Shown: in pieces, positions 13,405 through 28,449 of the stretch | Layout: each line of letters begins with the position of its first letter | Numbering within the stretch: position 1 is the first letter of the stretch | Program-made: the position numbers and the translations under genes | Origin: Nemertoderma westbladi | Lineage: Eukaryota; Animalia; Xenacoelomorpha | Direction of reading: 5' to 3' | Assembly: GCA_032718475.1 (NCBI GenBank) | Contig: JAUCBJ010002506.1 | Span: 62,001-126,000, forward strand | DNA length: 64,000 bases | Notes under the pieces: generated by a model | Seen by the model: the letters and a program-made list of their open reading frames with translations, nothing else | What the model was told of the DNA's origin: nothing | The model's database searches: none

Positions 13405-14699
13405 GTGAGTTGAAATTTAAATATATCTGCATTAATTGGGTCGTATGTTGTATAAATGACCTAGTGAAAGTGAAACAATGAGCTGTGTAAATACAACATT
13501 GGGAGACAAACTGTTCACCTCCTATTCCACCTACTATTATATCTTTCCGACATTGTGTGATATAAACACAATATAAACTATACAATAATATAATTGATTG
13601 ATAATCGAATATATAATAATATAAACAATATAAACTGTGTGATCCTGACCATAAACTCCCCCTCCTTGTCGCTAAATATCCAACCTTTGCTGAAACTGCG
13701 TGAGTTTTAAAGCAAAGCGCGTCGATAAACCTTGATGAGGCGCCCAGCATTAAAATTAAAGCATGTTTCTGGCCTTTTAAATCCAGTATATTGTTTTTAA
13801 TGCTAAATTTATTTAAATACCCATTACCTGTATTATTAGGTATAGTAGTAGTAATAGTAGTAGTAGGTGCGGTATAGTTTGTGGATATCTGATAACGTCG
13901 AATAAATAATGTTGTCGAGAATTATAATTTAATATATTGAACTTGTTGGTCATAAATATTATTAGGAACGTCTATTCGATTTTTCTGAAAAATTAGACAA
14001 ATGATTTTCAAGTATACAAGTCGGTTACCCAGTTAACCCGAAGTACCCAACCTATATCGTACCAACCCCCCCCCCCCCCCCCCCCCCCCCAACCAAGGTT
14101 GGTGGGGGGCTCCACCAACCCATCCCCCACCCTTCAGCTTGGCTTGGGCACCAGAGTGGCCACGCAGTTGTCCAAAAATTAGAGCACTTTATTTCGAAAA
14201 ACCAATTTAATCAGCGCCATTAAAGATTTCTCATTTCTAAGTAATCCACAATTTAATTGGAATCTAGGATTGTGTACCCCTCGGTGATTCCCGTATTATT
14301 TCCTTTGTATCAAGCTTCGTGGAGATAAACAGAGGATAGTTCCCGCGTTGTGTTACACACGGCCTTCTCTCCATGCCTGGTGGGCGTGGGATAGTAAACC
14401 ATTGTCAGTATGGGTTACAGTGCTCCGCTCAGGGTTAACTCAGTCGGCCATTAGTATTCCAAATCTTTAAAAACCTCTGAAGTTGTTCGGAAGTTGCTTG
14501 TTTTCAGCTTTCGCAGCAAACGATATTAAACCCTTATTAGAACAGCTGGTGGGGGGGGGGGGGGGGGGGATTTTCGACCCCATTAACACTTATCCCCTCG
14601 ATTCGCGATTTACTTGGATAGATTTGACTTTGGCTGTTGATGTTGGTGTTATGTATTTTATTTGTTCACCAAAGTGCTATTGTGACGTCACAAGTACAG

Positions 14700-15664
14700 C
14701 TACCCGGAGACCTACCCGGAGAATTATTTTGAAAAATACCGGAGACCAGAGCCGGAGATCAGAGACTTGTGCTTATTTTTGTACTTACAATTTGATTACT
14801 CCCCTATAAGCACAAACAGGTACATACGGCCTTATAACTATTTTTCTATGGTTCAATTACAGTAAAGTAAATCCAACCCATTTCAACCCTTACCCATTGT
14901 AAGAAAATAAGCGCACGTACAGTTTGGGGGGCTTAATTAATATTAATTTGGTTATTTGTTTATTAATTCGTTCTTATTTTGTTATTGTTAATAATATGTT
15001 ACATTAATTTGTTTTGCGCCATAGGTACCGGTACTTTGTTAATTAAAGGCATTTATTTTAAATTGTTCAAATCATATACATTTCAATATACTATAAACTT
15101 AGTCATTTACGAATACTTAGTGCACAGGTATAGTGCTCTACTCGCCCCATTTACAAGCCTCGTTACGCTCGTTCTCTCCATTTGGTCGTCATATTATCTA
15201 TCCTATAACAAATTGAATGGAGATCAGCCCTTTCTTTCACTTTTAAACATTATGAGTGCTCAAATTAAGCGCCCTTATCCTTAAATAAGAACCATCTTTA
15301 GGTGCTAATTTAAATTAAAATTAAACGCACCTTAAATTAATTAAATAGAAGATTATCGGTACACTTTATTAGAAATAGAAATAGTGTAAAAGTGAATATA
15401 TAATTGTGTTGAAGCGGTGTATGTAAAATAGTTAAAAATTAAAGAAATATTAATTGTAAAAAATTTGTGAAAAATAATCTTCATTTCACATTTTGTGTTG
15501 TACAGGATCTATTTTTAAATAACTATTTCTAATTTGTCAAATCACTGATCTCTGGGTAAAATGTCTGTTTTCAATACCCGGGAACCAGAGACCTATCCGG
15601 AGACCAAAAAATAGCCCGGAGAATCCAGGACAGAGATCAGTGACAAGTCTCTGTTTCAACTCTA
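14700..15664. mobile_element. hAT-type MITE, left end missing (copy of 45527-46511)
   Basis: About 960 bp nearly identical to 45570-46511, ending GTCTCTGTTTCAACTCTA. Confidence 0.85.
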
Positions 15665-15706
15665 GTAGGTTTATACTCAATGTATTCTTTATAATATATT
15701 TCTTAG

Positions 15707-15851
15707 ATCAATTGCGTCTGAATTATACAGCCTCCGCTACAATTAATTCTACCTCGCAATTCTCTCAGCTAGTAGAGAAATATTCCAAGACGTCATATCT
15801 CGAGGAGACGACATACCAGCCGGAACAAATCAATGCCTTTACCAGTTACAA
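15707..15851 (+). CDS. TCTN: Tectonic-like gene, coding exon 4
   Basis: ttcttag ... GTACGT. Open frame QLRLNYTASATINSTSQFSQLVEKYSKTSYLEETTYQPEQINAFTSYK. Phases 1 and 2 are consistent. Confidence 0.75.
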
Positions 15852-16081
15852 GTACGTTGATCAAAGATTGATTTTAATCTCAAATATTGAATTGATTGAA
15901 GGGGGGGGGGGGGGGGGGGGGGGGTCATTGAATTGTTACACTGTTAAAAATTCCGCTTCATCACCATTGATAAAGATGCCAAGTATTGGTGGTGATTTAT
16001 ACAGAGTCAGTTAGATCTTCGCCGTAATCCAATTTATTCAATATGTAGGTAATGCGGGATGATTATTTTCCCATTTTGTAG

Positions 16082-16194
16082 ATCCGGGGGAGTTATACAT
16101 AAGGTTACTAAGTCGTCCAATCTTTACACGATGGGCGTAATGAAACTACCCAATTCTCTACTGTCGGATGAATGTTCTATTAGCCTGCCTTGGG
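16082..16194 (+). CDS. TCTN: Tectonic-like gene, coding exon 5
   Basis: ttttgtag ... GTAAGT. Encodes SGGVIHKVTKSSNLYTMGVMKLPNSLLSDECSISLPW, comparable to the Tectonic L..P.S..S..C....P motif. Phases 2 and 1. Confidence 0.8.
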
Positions 16195-16304
16195 GTAAGT
16201 AAACTTGATTCTAATTAAGAATACTGGACTGGATACAATACTAAATACAGCAGTAATTTGTATTGTTGTTTCTAGTTGTTGGACTGGTTGGATAATATCG
16301 TGTT

Positions 16305-16636
16305 GTGGGGCGAGTCACGAAGTGAGCAAAGCCTTAGCAAAGGGGGGCCATTGGCGGGTTGTCTGTCGTCGTCGTCTGTCGTCGTAAATTTTTGATCGCT
16401 AATAACTCTGTTATTCCTCGATGAAATTAAACGAAACTTGGTACGTATGTAGTCCGTGAAAAGTTTAGAAAGAATCTGAAGTTTGGTCAAAAACGAACGA
16501 ACGCAACGAGACATAAGTGGAGGACGAGTATTGTGTTGAAGACTTCTGACTAACGGCAGACAACTCGATAATGGTGCCCATATGCGAAAGGCTTCGCTCA
16601 CTTCGTGCTGCGCGAAGGCCCCAGGAACGTGTTCTA
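16305..16636 (+). mobile_element. Helentron/HINE-like non-autonomous element (short copy)
   Basis: Starts GTGGGGCGAGTCACGAAGT, contains a (GTC)n/(GTCT)n microsatellite and ends CGTGCTGCGCGAAGGCCCC. The same ends occur at 29012-30286 and 45261-46735. Confidence 0.55.
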
Positions 16637-16639
16637 ATG

Positions 16640-16745
16640 TGCGTACAGAAACAGCCCTCACGCAGCCGTCTGCAGCTGGGTGTGTTTTTACTACCACGCC
16701 TCTAACCCAATGGCGACGTTTCAGATTAGCTAATTTTTGCTTGAT
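16640..16745 (-). mobile_element. Remnant of a BEL/Pao pol C-terminus
   Basis: RRHWVRGVVVKTHPAADGCVRAVSVRT resembles RNSWRIGRVSEVRPGKDGRVRTVRV at the end of the BEL pol in this window. Confidence 0.6.
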
Positions 16746-16772
16746 CATTAAATGTCTCGTATCTACAGGTAG

Positions 16773-17610
16773 TACACCATATCCTGAAATATAGTGTCGT
16801 TATTCAGGTACCTGGATCCACCCCCCCCCCCCCCCCCCCCCAAAAAAAAATTATACAAATATTAATGAGATTGCATGAAATCTGAAACACAGATAGTTTC
16901 TTCTCCCTCCCTCCTCCTTTCAAACTTTAGGTACAAGCGGTTGAAAAAGTGTCTCCAGCGAAAGTGCACAGGTTACACCCCAGTAATTATTGGCAACTTT
17001 ATAGTAAATTGTTGGTACTGATGGAAAGCTGACTGACTATACAAGGATTCCAAACATTTGAATTTGTTTGGGAAATAGCTGAGATATGAGCTACCGGTAT
17101 CAAAACTTGCATGGTTTTGCACCTGCGCGAGATTGTTTTATTCTATTTAATAAATAAACCATATTCTGGAACATTTTTTTTATGTATGAATAGCTACGTA
17201 ATAGTATGATTAAATTTAAATATGTATTGTACTGTTTGCTGCCCAGCTACGTATTGGATAAACAAAATGTTCCAGAATATGATGCATTTATTAAATAGAA
17301 TAAAATAGCCTCGCGCAGGTGAAAAACTATGAAACTTTTGATTGACTCATATCTCACCTATTTCCCAACCAAATTCAAATGTTTTTACATATTCGGAATC
17401 CTTGCACGGCCAGCTTTCCAGCAGCACCGACAAATCACTATTAAGGTTGAATGAAGAACAACTGCGGTGTGACCTGTGCAATTTCATCGGAGACACTTTT
17501 TTAAACGCTTGTAGCTAAAGAATAAAAGCGAAAATAAAATGTCTGGCTCACCCAGTAAGGAGCGGTTTCTAATTTCATGCAATCTCATAAAATTTCTTAG
17601 AAACATCTTT

Positions 17611-17641
<31 letters not shown>

Positions 17642-17685
17642 TCCAAGTACCTGAATAACGACACTGTATTACAGGACATGGTGTA
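16773..17685. mobile_element. Fully palindromic non-autonomous DNA transposon with 9-bp TSD (MULE- or Academ-like)
   Basis: TACACCAT...ATGGTGTA termini, inverted arms of about 450 bp that include poly-C and poly-G, and TSD TACAGGTAG at 16764-16772 and 17686-17694. Confidence 0.85.
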
Positions 17686-19045
17686 TACAGGTAGACTTTG
17701 GATGTGTGGTATGTCATGTAGTACCAGATGCCAAAATACCAGCAATACGACGAAATGGGGTTACTGACTGGTAATGTGGATACAGCAGTAATTGGGAAAC
17801 GGTACAGAAACATTTCGAAAGTAAATATCCACAACTTCTAGGAGATAAATTGCGTTTGCATCACTCACTACACTACCATCCATATATTTGTAGGAATAAA
17901 GTCCATTCTTTATTCCTGACGCGGGTTATAATTCAGTAAAAAGGGAAACTTTGTGGAATAAATAGTTATTATTAGAATTATGTAACATACAATGACCTTT
18001 TACAGTACTGAAACAGTACCGAAACAGTACAGTTACAGGTACAATTACGTTCACCGAACCTGTGTATAAGTATTGTATTGGTCCACATAGAGTTCCTCTC
18101 ACATTTTCCTATTTATTTTTTATATATAAAGGCTGCGACGAACCCCCATCATATTCGGTAAATTTATCATCTGATTTTTACATTGAAAGTAACAGATTTG
18201 TGTTACTGTACAGCTCCGTTCGTTCCTACGGAGGAATCTAAACTTCCTTTTATTATTGCTACATCATTTTAACTACATACTGTTTTGTGATCCAATGCCT
18301 ATTACAGTTTACAGTAGTAGTAGCCTTTTACTACTAGTAGTAGTAGTAAAAAAAAAAAAAAAAAAAAAAAAAAAGCCTACCATGTCCAGTAGCTTGTCGT
18401 TGTTAGTTATTCTAATCAAGATGTCAGTAGTTCTAAACGCGGCGCCATAAATCGTTAACTGCCGCCTTGAGACAGAAACTACACAGTGTTGTTGAAACTG
18501 AAAATTCAGCATATTCAACTACTCAGCATAAACTTAGCATATACATGCACTATATTTAAAACTTCGATCTACATAAGTTGCGGAACCACTATTAGACTCA
18601 TTGTATTCATTATTGAAATAATTTACTGGTAGCGACCGTGCATAAGATACATAAGGTAGGAAGATAGATAGAAAGGAAGTAATTATAGGCACAGGAAATA
18701 GGACGAAAGGTCCAATGATAAATACATCCCTCTTCCATTCCTGAGCTTGTTTGCTATTTGATCATGCTTGATCAACAAACATTAGCTGAGCAAAACACAA
18801 TTATAGAAATCATTTGAGTTAAAACTGCCACATGTATGAAAACAAAACCCTTGTCCCCATCAGTAATTTACATATTATAATTAGGGCCTATATATTTGTA
18901 AATTTGCGTCAAATTACATAATTGAATTGAATATTTGTGATAAATATGTTTGTTTGATTGTGAAATTTAGATTGTTTTAGAGTGGCGAATATATCTTACA
19001 ACAAATATCGCATAACGCATTGCATTAGGCCTGCATAAAGTTTCT

Positions 19046-20191
19046 TTACTTTTGTAGACCCGGATCGGTAACCTTACCCAAGAACAGCAGAACATTGTTC
19101 TTTATGTCTTTAATTGCGAAGATAAAAGGCACAGTGAGTAAGAAAGAAGGTATTTCTATTGGTCCTTCCTTTTGTTCGTTACACGTATAAGCAGCAGCTT
19201 CAGACCCCGCCTCGTTAACTAGTACAAAGGTTTTGTGTAAAATTCCGCCGACAAACAGGTCGCCAGAGCTGTTCACTCCTGATAGGTCGCAATTCTTCTC
19301 CGCAAACAGAACCGGCATACCCATACTCGAAAGTGTTTTACTCAAACTGAAAGAATCTTCCAGTTTAAACTTCGGGATTAGAACATCCACCATAACTTTC
19401 GTAGATCTATTTTTAAACAACACCTTACCCAACAATTCGGTGCTCAGGTTGGCCTCCAAGCCGGCCATCCCTTCAAACGGTAATATAAATACCATCGAGA
19501 GATCTTTTCCTTTGTAGGGCATCTCCAATGCCGTGAAGTGTCTGTTCCGGAACAAGTTAAAATACTTGCCCTCCATATGCATAAACATTGCATCGACCTC
19601 GCCTTTGGTGTCAGTTTTGAATTTTCCTTGGCGGGTATTTTTGGGATCGAATTGTTGTTCCCAATCTCCCTTGAAATACAAGGCGTTGACCAAAGCCAAT
19701 TTGGTGTAACTACCGAGAGCGCCTTCACTAACTGCATCCTTGATCTTACCTTTCGTCATGGATTCCACCCAGTTGTTGATCTCTATTCGAACTTTATCGT
19801 AAGACTTCAGAAAGTCGACTTTCTCTACCTCAGAACCGTACTGCTCTTTGGTTAGCCGTAGATATTCATCTTTGATCGGATAATCCTGTTGCACGTAAAG
19901 CTTATTAGCTCCTTCGAGAGTGTAGGGCTTTCCATCTCTATAAAGATAGTTTTGCAATGTCTGAATGTCGTTGTGTATTTCGTCATCCTTTAGGTCTGTG
20001 TAATGGAGGACTTTTCCCATCTGTTGCTTAGTTTCCCCTGCAGCGCCACCGTAAGTCATGGACAGCGTCGTAATTATACTCAATGGACTGAGCACCGTAT
20101 TGGTTTCAGATCGATCCTTTACTATCTCCTTGTACAGATCGATTGTAAAGCTGTTGATTGATCGCTTCAAGTAATAATCCATATATGCCAT
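19046..20191 (-). CDS. Intronless intracellular serpin (clade B/leukocyte elastase inhibitor-like), about 381 aa
   Basis: Motifs NTVLSPLSI, INNWVESMTKGKI, LVNALYFKGDW, LEMPY, IPKFKLE, hinge VNEAGSEAAA and LLFLGKVTDP. No signal peptide. First ATG at 20191. Confidence 0.95.
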   Translation of the reverse strand: MAYMDYYLKRSINSFTIDLYKEIVKDRSETNTVLSPLSIITTLSMTYGGAAGETKQQMGKVLHYTDLKDDEIHNDIQTLQNYLYRDGKPYTLEGANKLYVQQDYPIKDEYLRLTKEQYGSEVEKVDFLKSYDKVRIEINNWVESMTKGKIKDAVSEGALGSYTKLALVNALYFKGDWEQQFDPKNTRQGKFKTDTKGEVDAMFMHMEGKYFNLFRNRHFTALEMPYKGKDLSMVFILPFEGMAGLEANLSTELLGKVLFKNRSTKVMVDVLIPKFKLEDSFSLSKTLSSMGMPVLFAEKNCDLSGVNSSGDLFVGGILHKTFVLVNEAGSEAAAYTCNEQKEGPIEIPSFLLTVPFIFAIKDIKNNVLLFLGKVTDPGLQK

Positions 20192-21994
20192 CGTTAGCAA
20201 TATATTTATAACCAATTGGATTAATTGTCAAAATTGATTAAAAGTCAAAATACAAAATGTAAAACTATTTTTTATAGAATGCCATAAAGTATTATATTAT
20301 ATTATATAAGGTATTACTATTTATTATTGCCAGCTATATTTATTTTCTTTTGACTGACTTTTGTCTTTGACTTTGACTCGGTAGTGTGAACGCGGCCTAA
20401 GGGTATACACGATTCTAATATTATTAGCTTTCACTTGCGTTCTAGAATATATTATATTATATATTAAGCAAATTCGATTAGTCGTTAGCCACATATATCC
20501 AGACATACATACACATACACCTTTACATACGTTATGTGAACGCACCTTAAGAGTTAGGAGTTTAAGTATGGCCTGGGTACAAAAATGTTGATTTTCTGTA
20601 GATGCGTTTTATGTGTGATAAAATATATGGATCGAATTCTAGAACATAGTGGGCCCCCATAGTGGCGCCGCAACGCTGCAAAGTAGTACTTTGCAGCGTT
20701 ACGAGTAATTCACCATAACGCTGTTAAGTTGACATAATTAGTGTAACAAAAGATTAAAAAAATTATACAATCTCACTTACAGTCCGGTAGATATTACATT
20801 ATACATTGCATGGAAGTATATAGTAAATGTTTTAACTGATTTGGGTTGGTAATATTGTTGGCATCAATAATCCGACTGATGGGGCCAACTGGCATCATTA
20901 AGGATTTTCCTAAATGTTATCAAATTCTACACCGGATGCGGATATCTGGACTTTATATATATGCAAAAATAATACGATTTTCGGTCCCACAGGGCTGTGT
21001 TCCAGAACGTTTTTACGTCTAATTTAGGTCAAATTTAATCTAATAGGGGCAACCCCGGTTTCAAATTAAATAGTGTGTTATATCGTAACCATAGTGAAGT
21101 TTCGTACAGTTAAATTAATTTTAAAAATGATTTCATTAACATACCATTGCGTCAACATCAGTCTCAAATTGATGGTTGTATCTTAATATTAAATAATATT
21201 AAATATCTTAATCTTTTCAACTTCTAGCCAAATGCATAATCGTAAAAAATAGATGAGGTGTGACTGAAATTAAAATTATCATAAAAGTGAGCCATAAGAT
21301 TGGGATTCTCAAGTGATGTAAGTTTAATTGTAATCATAGGCGTACGAGGCGGGGGGGGGGGAGGGGGGTGCAGCCCCCCAGTGAACCAAGGAGGGGGGGG
21401 GGGGGGGTGCAGCCCCCCAGTGAACCAAGGAGGGGGGGGGGCGAGGGGGGTTCAGCCCCCCAGTGAACCAAGGAGGGGGGGAGGGGGATGGGGGGGGAAA
21501 TCAGAGATGGAGGCGAAAAATCCGATGAGAGAGAATGTGGCGAAAAATGTAATCAAAGGGGAAGCAGAAAGGGGGGGGGGGGGTGAAAAAGAAACTCGAA
21601 ATCCAAAGTATAAAGTATAAATAACATTTCACCACTTTTATAATTTATTTTGAATGAGGATGTTGTTATTATAGAAACGGGAAAACAATAGTCACTTTAT
21701 GTTCAGTACTTTGATAAACTATAACTTAGAAGGTTAAAAACATACATACAATCAACCATGGGGATAAAATAGCTTACCTCGAATAGTTTATATAGAACGC
21801 GAATATGCAATTCGGTTTTATATATAATATTGTTCTAGAATTTTTTTTATTTAATTTAATTTGAGATTAATAATTTATATTAATATAATATTTTGCATTG
21901 AATTAACTAAATAAATGAATACGAGTCCATGTTCTCTATTACGAATACAAGTAAATGTTTTCTGATACATAACGTCTAAAACTGTTGCGGGTCC

Positions 21995-24606
<2,612 letters not shown>

Positions 24607-26563
24607 TTTTTTATATATAATAATAATGAGAAAATTATTGACATATTTTGCAAAAAGAAAAGGTAGAAATAAATTGTTCTGTTGACTTTTCTTCTTATAA
24701 ATTAATTACCTCTGTCTGTATATAACCTCTATAACATTATGTTTTATAATATTTTTGCATTCAATTAATAAATTGTGTTTCTACGAATTATTACATCCGC
24801 CAATTTTGGTTTGAGGAACAGAGAATTTTTTTGCGAAGGATGTTGAATATTGTTTGGTTGGGAGAGGTGAATTTTGTTGGATGGGGGAATGTTTTTTTGG
24901 GGAGGCGGTGGGGCGAAAATGTGAGATATTTTTACAGTCCCCCCAACGAAGATGACTTCCGTGCGCCTATGATTGTAATGAAAGCATGTACCATTTGTTA
25001 ATTTTCAACAGTAAATTTATGTCTAAAATATATGGAAGCGATGGGATGAATTGGTTCAACCAAACCGTTGCTGGGCACAACTGGTGACTTAATGGTTGCT
25101 TTTAAATTGTTCTATCTACACAACATATCCTCAATGATGCAAGCTAGGCATCTGTCACATTGTTGATCACCATAAAATTTCCTAAAAGAATCACTCCAAA
25201 CATTTACTATAATATTATACTTCCATCAAGGTGTACTGAATAACAGGTATGTCATGGTATGGGAGCCTAATCCTGAAGTTAACGTGGGCCGATCTTTTCC
25301 CTATTCATGGCACTTTTCATAATATTTCCTTTGAAACTTCTTATTACTTTTGTTAAGTGTATATGAGCAGGGTTCATAGCAAAGTAATACAATTTTTAAT
25401 GAAAAGTATTTCTAGAATTGTTATCTTGTTGTTGTCAATAAACAAAACTGTCCAATCAGAGAGCAAGACCTATGATAGCATGATTTTGACATTCCAGAAT
25501 ATTAAATTTCGGTTAGCAATTATTAGAAACAAAGGACGGCCACCAGGAATGTATGTTGCAAATGATATAAATAGTAAATAAAATAGTAGCCCTATTTCTA
25601 GTTGGCGGTCATGATGGGATCGTAATACCCATCAACATGGAAACGGGATTGAAAAATATTTATATGTAAAATATTTTGATACACTTTTATTCCCTTTACT
25701 CACATAACAAATCTGAAGAACAGAATCCCTCGTCGTTTTGAATTACAGACACTTTATTACATTTCTATATCCACCTAACCAAAGTAGCACATAAGAAGTT
25801 TCTAAGGAAATAGTATGAAAATAGTGTCTTAAAGATCGGCCCACGCTAATTTCAGCAATCCGCTCGCTGCATGACCTGTTATTTAGTAAACCTTGAATCC
25901 AATGCAAGGTTCAGTAGTGAACTACGGACGTATCTGCTATGAGCTAAAAAGCTGACGCATGGTCTAGACTAGAAGTGACTATAAATTATAAGTAATGTCG
26001 TCTACGTTTAGAACTACAGACGTTATTCTATAAAACCTCTGTCGTTTTGTTAGAACTAAATTATTACTTTAGAATCAACGATAATGATTGATGGAAGGAC
26101 ACTTTCCACAAACTCTTCTGGCTAAAGTTTGAAATAAAATAAATCTAAAATACAAATTATAACAAAAGCCGGGAAGCGATAATAGGCCTAACTCCATATT
26201 TCGAGTTTCATCCGATCGCATTATGATTTATGGAAAAGATGGATAGTAAACGCTACTCCGTCCCGTCAACTAGATAGATAGATAGATAGATAGATATAAT
26301 ACAAAATATAAACAACGTTTTGCACAGGTTCACCAATACCAATAACATACTATTAGGTCGTCCGGACTGTAATTAATAATTAGTACATATTTGAAAAGTA
26401 CGTACGGTACATACAGTATGTACAGTAGGATAGAGATAAATAAAGATGTATGTACAGTAAGTATACGTTAGTATCAGACAATTTCAAAATTGTCAATCAA
26501 ATTTCAAAAACAAGATATATTTAACGAAGTTTAATTGGGGTGTAAACGTTACGCCGACAGAAC

Positions 26564-26840
26564 GCCCATGTGAAGAATGCCAGGTTTTCACTTTTCGGTC
26601 GACTTTTTATTGGAATTCTATATATGAATATTTGTATTTTTTTTTAAATTTATCTTTATTAAGTGTTTTATAGCGCTTATTTCTGTCTTATAACCTGTAC
26701 ATATACTAATTCGTTTATTGTTTTGGTTAGATTCAGCCCTTCTGTAACCGGTGGTTTTGGTGAAAACCTGGTATTCTTCACATGGGGGTAACTACAAAGT
26801 GAAATATAACGGTAGAAAGTCTGGTATTCTTCACATGGGC
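26564..26840. mobile_element. MITE (second copy at 47114-47381)
   Basis: TIR GCCCATGTGAAGAAT(G/A)CCAG, with a near-identical internal sequence in the second copy. Confidence 0.75.
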
Positions 26841-28449
26841 CCAGTGACACGCCCCCCCCCCCCCCCCCCCCTCTAATTTTTCTACAAATCTTAAATGAGA
26901 CATGAAATTTGAAACAGAGATAGTTTCACCTCCCGACCACTGACTGGGTGAGCCAGAATTTTTATTTTTGCTTTCAATCTTTAGCTACAAGCGTTTGAAA
27001 AAGGTGTCTCCGGTGATATTGCACCAGTCCCACCGCAGTTATTCTTCTACCTTATAGCTGTTAGTTGGTACAGCTAGAAAGCTGGCCGTGCAAGGATTCC
27101 AAATATGTAACACAATCTGAATTTCGTTGAAAAATAGCTGAGGCTGGGCGTTCAAAAGTTACATGGTTTTGCATCAGCGCGAGGCTATTTTATTATATTT
27201 AAGAAATACACCATATTCTTAAAACAAATACAATTTCTTCATATATAATATATCGACCGAAAAGTGAAAACCGTCGGTTGTCTGCTGTCGGTTGACTGCT
27301 GTGGGCTGTTGGTTGTCTGCTGTTGGTTGAACCCTGTCGGATATTTTAATATTATAATCATTCGTTTAAAGGTTGGACCCATGGCTGTGTGTAAATAAAT
27401 TATGTTTATAAATAATTAGTAATTAATTACCTAGTAATAAAAAATTACGTTTATAAATAATTAGTAATTAATTACATAGTAATAAATTACGTTTATAAAT
27501 AACAAGCAACAAATTAACTTTGTCGTTACATTTTTTACTTTACTTTTTTATGTTGTGTTGTTGCTCTCGTTCCATGGCCATGGCCAATTAGCCACCATGC
27601 TATTAGTTAATAACGAATAATAAATCAACCTTGAACAAAGAAATAAATGTGTTGCTTTCCCAAACGTTTTAAGTCGAATCCCCGACATAATTTCTTATAA
27701 TTGTAGCAGTCCCTACTGACAATTACGCCGTAACGGTTCAACTTTAGCTTGCTTGGATTGTAGTGAGTGAACTCAGTAATGCACAGACTGATAGTGAACA
27801 TTGAGCTTCTGTCTTATATATCTTATGGGCAAATATTCGTGGAAAATTATCGAGAGCGAGAAAATAATTTATTTAAATTGTCACTATATACATAGGCCTG
27901 ATATATAAGCCTTTGGAGGTTACTTAATAATACAGAAAGTAAAAAGTGCACTAAATATAATTATGCACTCACTATGTGAGCGCATAATCTCTGTGATTAT
28001 AAAGTAAATTAATTTGTTTCTAACTAATTCAACAAACAGTTTAACAAATAGTATTGTACAAAATGTATTGGACTTATTTAAGTAAATAATTACTATATTT
28101 TACTTATGTCATTGTTGGACTAACACTTCTGATAAGCAGCACATAGCATACTTCAGTCATTGGGCCAAAATGACCTAGGCCTAGGCCGAGACGTCTGTAA
28201 ACCGACAACCGAGACTGGAACTTACGTAGTAAGTAGCCAATATTTAGTGTACAAGTCCGCTACCTTAATATTATATTCTATATTGATAGTATATTGAGAG
28301 CATGCCCTATATCATAATATATTGAAATGACGAACACTCGTTTATTGTTTTGGTAATAGCCTGCCACTATAGCCTGTTCCTTTCCTATGGCGGTAATAAC
28401 GGTTCTAAGCTGTGCTGTGGTTTTCGGCGTTTCGTTTACACCCGGAAAG

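Noticed and set aside
14066-14090. Long poly-C and poly-G tracts (also 5746, 14551, 15901, 16821, 17621, 26852, 28464, 30828, 44591, 48222)
   Set aside because: Most are internal parts of MITE families, homopolymer lengths are unreliable, and there is no evidence of independent function.
21930-21994. Histone 3' stem-loop after the H3 stop codon
   Set aside because: No GGCYCTTTTNAGRGCC-type hairpin is present, so replication-dependent versus H3.3 origin cannot be assigned.
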